39,690 nt of DNA from an uncultured Candidatus Saccharibacteria bacterium. GTDB lineage: Bacteria > Patescibacteriota > Minisyncoccia > UBA6257 > WO2-44-18. Under the pieces are notes generated by a model. The model was not told the DNA's origin. It worked only from the letters and a program-made list of their open reading frames with translations, and did no database searches. The DNA lies in NCBI GenBank assembly GCA_964373675.1, contig CAYJVO010000004.1, forward strand, positions 1 to 39,690, read 5' to 3'. The position numbers and the translations under genes were made by a program. Positions 35,344 through 39,690 of this stretch are shown piece after piece (the stretch's first letter is position 1; each line of letters starts with the position of its first letter).

Positions 35344-36009
35344 ATGAGATTTGACATTATCACTATATTCCCAAATATTTTTGACTCCTATTTTAACGAG
35401 AGCATTCTTAAACGCGCCCAGAAAAAGGGCTTGATTAAAATTGCCGTTCACAATTTGCGCGATTGGGCGGCGGGGAAACACAAGCAGGTTGACGATAAGC
35501 CATACGGTGGCGGCCCCGGAATGGTTTTTAAAGTTGAACCAATTTATAGAGCGGTATCAAGTATCAAGCGTCAGGTTTCAAGACATAAGCAAAAATTAAA
35601 AATAAGGACTATTTTATTTTCAACGCGTGGGAAAAAGTTAGATTTCAAAACCGCCAAACGGTTTTCTAAATATGACCAGCTGATTTTCATTTGCGGTCGT
35701 TATGAGGGCGTTGATGAGCGGGTGGCTCAATACATTGCCGATGAAGAAATTTCCATCGGCGATTACGTCCTTTCCGGCGGGGAATTGCCAGCAACGGTTT
35801 TAATTGAGACAGTTTCGCGTTACCTTCCCAGAGTTTTGGGGAAATACGAGTCACTAGAAGAGATAAAAGGAAGTTATCCAGTTTATACGAAACCAGAAAC
35901 TTTCGAGGGAAAAGAGGATAGAGGAAAGAGAATAGAATGGAAAGTGCCTAAAGTGCTTTTATCTGGTGATCATAAGAAAATTCAAGAATGGCGTGAAAAA
36001 AGTAGGTAG
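35344..36009 (+). CDS. trmD: tRNA (guanine37-N1)-methyltransferase
   Basis: VDDKPYGGGPGMV, CGRYEGVDERV, SIGDYVLSGGELPA, VPKVLLSGDH. Confidence 0.98.
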   Translation: MRFDIITIFPNIFDSYFNESILKRAQKKGLIKIAVHNLRDWAAGKHKQVDDKPYGGGPGMVFKVEPIYRAVSSIKRQVSRHKQKLKIRTILFSTRGKKLDFKTAKRFSKYDQLIFICGRYEGVDERVAQYIADEEISIGDYVLSGGELPATVLIETVSRYLPRVLGKYESLEEIKGSYPVYTKPETFEGKEDRGKRIEWKVPKVLLSGDHKKIQEWREKSR

Positions 36010-36107
36010 CGGCGGCCCCGCACCAAAAGAAGCGTTGCGTTGCTATTTTTGGGTTAGTGCTGTAGACTTTTTACGTACTTTAAAAATTTGTCTATAGGAG
36101 GAATGCT

Positions 36108-36944
36108 ATGGGTGTTTTGAGGCGTGACAGGGATGCGGACTTCTATTATTTCAAAAACTATCGTTTGCCCAGCCCTCTTTCTAGAGAGGCACTGAAGATG
36201 TTTTTTGAAAAAATAAGAAATGGAGATGTGGCGGCTCGTGAGACTGTAATTTTAGCGAATCTAGGATTAGTAATCTGGATCGCGAAGTGGTATTTTAAAT
36301 ATTCTCGTAAAAACCGTTGCGCCATTTCAGATATTATTCATGCAGGCATCGTGGGTTTGATTAAGGCGGTTGATGCTTTTGATCATCGAAAAGGAGCAAG
36401 GTTTTCTACCTATGCTACCTATTGGATTAGACACTGCATTTTGAGCTTTTTACAGCCGCATTACATAAGTAATAAAATTTTTGCTTATGCGCGCTATAAA
36501 CAACACGAGGCACAATTAGGGCGCCGTCCTACCATATCAGAATTAGCTAAATCGCTAAGAGTTAGTGTGGACAAAGTGCAATTTGCGGAGCACCTTCTTA
36601 ATGGATTTGCCTCCCTTCCGTATGGGAAAAAAGGTCATGGGCGTAACAATCAAAAAGAGGACCAGCCGGTCAGCGCTTTTTTAAGACCGGATGAAGAAGC
36701 GGAACAAACGGATGATCAAGAAGTGCTTAAATCTAAAATTTCAAAGTCACTGCAAGTTTTATCAGCGCGCAACCAGATGATTTTTAAAATGTATCATGGC
36801 TTGGACGACATTCAACCAATGACTATGGCTGCCATTGGCGAAAAATTAAATTTGAGCGCGGAAAGGGTGCGGCAGATTCTAGAGGAATCTTTGAGAATTA
36901 TTAAGCCAGAACTGAAAAAGATTTATCATAATATATCCCATTGA
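36108..36944 (+). CDS. Alternative sigma70-family factor (RpoS/RpoD-like, no region 1.1)
   Basis: NLGLVIWIAK, GLIKAVDAFDHRKGARFSTYATYWIR, LGRRPTISELA, TMAAIGEKLNLSAERVRQI; AGGAGG SD. Confidence 0.88.
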   Translation: MGVLRRDRDADFYYFKNYRLPSPLSREALKMFFEKIRNGDVAARETVILANLGLVIWIAKWYFKYSRKNRCAISDIIHAGIVGLIKAVDAFDHRKGARFSTYATYWIRHCILSFLQPHYISNKIFAYARYKQHEAQLGRRPTISELAKSLRVSVDKVQFAEHLLNGFASLPYGKKGHGRNNQKEDQPVSAFLRPDEEAEQTDDQEVLKSKISKSLQVLSARNQMIFKMYHGLDDIQPMTMAAIGEKLNLSAERVRQILEESLRIIKPELKKIYHNISH

Positions 36945-37165
36945 CAAGTTAAGCGGCCCGGCTTACAATGTTTATATAATCCGCAGACAAGGGGCATTCA
37001 TAAAAAGTAAGACCTCTCGAGGAGATACCGATCCAAACAATCCGAACTTTATCCGAAGATGCCGAATTTAATCCGAAAAGTTCTTCGGATTTCCTTCGTT
37101 AACTCAGGATAAATTAGTGGATTCGGATCGGCCTATTCTGCGGTCAAACCGCAGTTTTTTATTAT
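36941..37165 (+). promoter_or_regulatory. rplJ promoter and L10-leader-like attenuator
   Basis: TTGACA-17-TACAAT; ccgcagac...cctctcgagg; alternative pairing of ccgcaga (36981) with tctgcgg versus terminator ctgcgg-tcaaa-ccgcag-T6. Confidence 0.7.
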
Positions 37166-37756
37166 ATGGCGTTAACTAAAGAACAAAAGAAAAAACAGCT
37201 TGAGTCCAGTGGGGAAGCAATTAAAAACAGCAAGTCTTTGATTTTCGCCGATTTTTCCGGCGTGGATACCGGCTCCATTCTCAAGTTAAAAAATGCTTTA
37301 AAAAAACTCGGCGCTAATTTTAAGGTAGTAAAAAAGCGCCTTCTTAAATTGGCCTTTAAGGCCGCCGGTATGAACTTTGATCCCTCGCAGTTTGAATCGC
37401 AGGTCGGCACGGTTTTTTCAAAAGAGGATTTAAATGCCGTCGCCTCAACGGTGTACAAGTTTTCCAAAGATCTGGCGAAAGAAAAGAAAGAATTTAAAAT
37501 TTTGGGCGCTTACGACCTTGTGGAAAAGTCCTATCTTGACACCAATCAGTTCACAATAATAGCTAAATTGCCAAGCCGGGAAGTTTTGCTGGCGCAAGTC
37601 ATGGGCGGAGCAACAGGACCACTCCGAGCCTTCCTGTACTTACTTTTAGAATTAAGTAAAAAGCAACCTACCGCTGAAGCCAACGCCGCCGCAATGGCCG
37701 CGCCAATCGTTCCCGCGGGGGAAACGGTCGAAAACAACGAAGTTAAAAATTCTTAA
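37166..37756 (+). CDS. rplJ: 50S ribosomal protein L10
   Basis: [31 protein letters not shown]; upstream of rplL. Confidence 0.95.
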   Translation: MALTKEQKKKQLESSGEAIKNSKSLIFADFSGVDTGSILKLKNALKKLGANFKVVKKRLLKLAFKAAGMNFDPSQFESQVGTVFSKEDLNAVASTVYKFSKDLAKEKKEFKILGAYDLVEKSYLDTNQFTIIAKLPSREVLLAQVMGGATGPLRAFLYLLLELSKKQPTAEANAAAMAAPIVPAGETVENNEVKNS

Positions 37757-37763
37757 AATTCAT

Positions 37764-38132
37764 ATGGAAAAGTATCAAGATTTAATTACTAAAATTGGTG
37801 ATCTAAAAGTTACTGAATTAGCCGAACTCGTCAAGGCAATGGAAGAAAAATTCGGAGTTTCCGCTGCAATGCCGGTTGCCGCCGCAGGCGCCGCTGCCGG
37901 TGGAGAGGTCACTGAAGAGAAAACCGCTTGGGATGTCGTTCTTAAAGACGGCGGCGCGCAGAAAATTCAAGTTATAAAAGTTTTGCGCGAAGCAACCGGT
38001 CTTGGTTTGAAAGAGGTCAAAGACATCGTTGACAGCGTTCCCAAGTCGGTAAAAACCGGCCTTAAGAAAGAAGATGCAGAAGATCTTAAAAAGAAACTGG
38101 AAGTTGTCGGAGCAGTCGCTGAGCTTAAATAA
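37764..38132 (+). CDS. rplL: 50S ribosomal protein L7/L12
   Basis: [35 protein letters not shown]. Confidence 0.98.
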   Translation: MEKYQDLITKIGDLKVTELAELVKAMEEKFGVSAAMPVAAAGAAAGGEVTEEKTAWDVVLKDGGAQKIQVIKVLREATGLGLKEVKDIVDSVPKSVKTGLKKEDAEDLKKKLEVVGAVAELK

Positions 38133-38156
38133 CTGGAGAACGCTCCGTTCGTACCC

Positions 38157-38372
38157 GTACGCATAGCTCAGCGGTTAGAGCGCTGCACTGCGCCCCGTAC
38201 ACAGCTCCGCTGTTGTTCGGGGTTCACACCCCGCACTAAAAACGGACGGTTAGTTCAGTGGCAGAACGCTCCGTTCACATCGGAGAGGTCGCAGGTTCGA
38301 TCCCTGCACCGTCCACAAATTTTAGTGCGGGGCAGATTGCAGAGGTCCCTGGCTCAAATTCAGGTGCGGGCA
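38157..38372 (+). pseudogene. Interrupted outer tRNA (probably tRNA-Val), split in the anticodon loop by a ~143-bp insertion
   Basis: 5' half GTACGCA-TA-GCTC-AGCGGTTA-GAGC-G-CTGCA-CTG (38157-38190); 3' half AT-TGCAG-AGGTC-CCTGG-CTCAAAT-TCAGG-TGCGGGC-A (38336-38372). Confidence 0.8.
38244..38315 (+). tRNA. tRNA-Val(CAC), intact, CCA not encoded
   Basis: GGACGGT/ACCGTCC acceptor, GTTC/GAAC D stem, CTCCG-TTCACAT-CGGAG anticodon arm, GCAGG-TTCGATC-CCTGC T arm, A73. Confidence 0.95.
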
Positions 38373-38373
38373 C

Positions 38374-38406
38374 AAAAATCTCCCCTTAATTGAAGGGGGA
38401 TTTTTT
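38374..38406 (+). terminator. Intrinsic terminator
   Basis: aaaaatctcccctt-aattg-aagggggatttttt. Confidence 0.75.
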
Positions 38407-38477
38407 GTTTTTTGTAAGAGTTAGTTATCCACAAACATCCCTAATTACAGAAGAGTATAATTATTAATGTATGAGAA

Positions 38478-39690
38478 ATGGGCTCTCTCCATAATGTGAA
38501 TTTATTATTGCGGAAAATTTTTGCCTTAATTTTTATTTTGGGCCTGGTTTTTGTTTTTAACTTTCAAAATTTAAAAATTTTTAAAACTTCCTACGCCGCT
38601 TCCGGCGTTCCAAAATTTATCAGCTACCAAGGTCGTTTAACAAACTCTGGTGGCGATCTTTTGGGCAGTTCTTCCGGCACAACTTTTTATTTCAAATTTT
38701 CAATTTGGGACAACGCAACCGTTGGTTCCGGCACCCGTCTTTGGCCGACATCGGCGCCCACATCGGTATCAGCCACAGTTACGAGCGGTGTTTTTAATGT
38801 TAATATCGGCGACACTGACAACGGCTATCCCAATCAGCTGACTTACGATTTCAACACCAATAACACGATTTATTTGCAGGTAGAAGTTTCTTCGGATAAT
38901 TCCACTTTTGAAACTTTATCTCCTCGGCAATTAATTTCTTCTAATGCTTTTGCGATTTTATCGGAAGCCGTCTCCGGCACCACCAGTCCTTCTTTTTTTG
39001 GCACCACCACTATAAATTCTTGGGGTTCAACTCAAGTCGCTATTGAAGCCACTACTACTACTGCCATCCCTCTGACTATCCGGTCATCCTCTGGCCAAAC
39101 CGCTAATCTTTTTCAAATTCAGGAATCCAATGATGGATTAAACCGTCTGATTGTTGACAGCAATTTCCGCTTAGGCATTGGCACCACCTCTCTTGGTTAT
39201 CTTCTAGAGGTCGCCGGCTTCGGCGTCTTTAAAGGCAACCTCAATATTGAAGCCACTTCCACTGCTTCCTCCTTTATTGCCACCTCCACTTTATCAGTCG
39301 CTACCTCCAGTCCCAATTTTGCCTCAGCCATCTTCAGTGCCGGCGGCAACGCCTATATTTCCGGAGGCCTCACCGTGGGAGACACCACTGCCACTACTAC
39401 TGGACAACTTCGAGCTACTCTCCTTCACTCAGATACCCAGCTAGTCCTAGAAGGTCTAGCCAGTTGCGACACCTTGGATACTGACGCGGCTGGAGTAGTG
39501 AAGTGCGGCAGCGACGCCACTAGCGCCGGAGCTGCTGCTGATCTTCAAGACGCCTATAACACCTCCGGAGTAGATGCCCAAATTACCTTCGCGGATGCCA
39601 AAGACATCATCTTAGCCCTTCAAGACACTGCCACTGACCCCAACTTCATCATCAGCGTCGCCTCGGACGCTCAAGGTCAACTCCAAATGG
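38478..39690 (+). CDS. Large Ser/Thr/Gly-rich secreted or surface protein (3'-truncated; not in ORF track)
   Basis: Open frame from ATG 38478 to the window end: signal/TM segment, then GVPKFISYQGRLTNSGG...YFKFSIWD...GVFNVNIG...LSPRQLISS, LGIGTTS and ATST repeats. Confidence 0.8.
   Translation, partial: MGSLHNVNLLLRKIFALIFILGLVFVFNFQNLKIFKTSYAASGVPKFISYQGRLTNSGGDLLGSSSGTTFYFKFSIWDNATVGSGTRLWPTSAPTSVSATVTSGVFNVNIGDTDNGYPNQLTYDFNTNNTIYLQVEVSSDNSTFETLSPRQLISSNAFAILSEAVSGTTSPSFFGTTTINSWGSTQVAIEATTTTAIPLTIRSSSGQTANLFQIQESNDGLNRLIVDSNFRLGIGTTSLGYLLEVAGFGVFKGNLNIEATSTASSFIATSTLSVATSSPNFASAIFSAGGNAYISGGLTVGDTTATTTGQLRATLLHSDTQLVLEGLASCDTLDTDAAGVVKCGSDATSAGAAADLQDAYNTSGVDAQITFADAKDIILALQDTATDPNFIISVASDAQGQLQM

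Noticed and set aside
1210..37131. Short repeat arrays as possible CRISPR arrays
   Set aside because: Units are 6-9 nt and degenerate, without unique 25-45-nt spacers; no cas genes in the window.
38191..38333. tRNA insertion as a group I or group II intron
   Set aside because: Only about 70 nt remain outside the inner tRNA, and no catalytic core elements or domain V are visible.
21789..38433. DnaA boxes as a replication origin
   Set aside because: Only two isolated consensus boxes noticed, 16.6 kb apart; no cluster, unwinding element or dnaA gene.
430..39444. Many short antisense or alternate-frame ORFs in the track (e.g. 1604-2044, 5646-6158, 22727-23284, 38650-38841, 39247-39444)
   Set aside because: They lie within well-supported genes and show no recognisable motifs; treated as shadow ORFs.

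Overview
Bacterial chromosomal housekeeping region using genetic code 11 (TGA is stop). It is very likely from a Patescibacteria/CPR (Parcubacteria-like) genome; this is inferred from shortened aminoacyl-tRNA synthetases, broken operons, no rplA or rimM at their usual positions, SD-less core genes and a CPR-type surface protein. Core genes are proS, mreB-mreC-mreD-mrdA, galT, dedA, pheS-pheT, gyrB (with a 432-aa HNH intein), secE-nusG-rplK, gatB, thrS, dnaE, rnhB-rpmF-nusB-rnc, ftsH, a short smc, rpsP-khpA-trmD, rplJ-rplL and tRNA-Val(CAC), with single orphan or accessory genes in between. The most unusual signals are non-genic. (1) An intact tRNA-Val(CAC), bracketed by a perfect 13-bp inverted repeat, sits inside the anticodon loop of a second, degenerate tRNA. 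(2) That repeat belongs to a dispersed CCCCGCAC...GTGCGGGG hairpin family with 5-nt junction motifs. (3) Degenerate 6-9-nt-period tandem repeats, often as inverted arm pairs, occur in intergenic DNA and in frame in several essential genes. (4) A TrpR-like gene is bracketed by twin 18-bp palindromes. (5) A duplicated 44-bp promoter brackets smc. No transposase, integrase or CRISPR array was seen. All calls come from reading motifs by eye; no database search was run.
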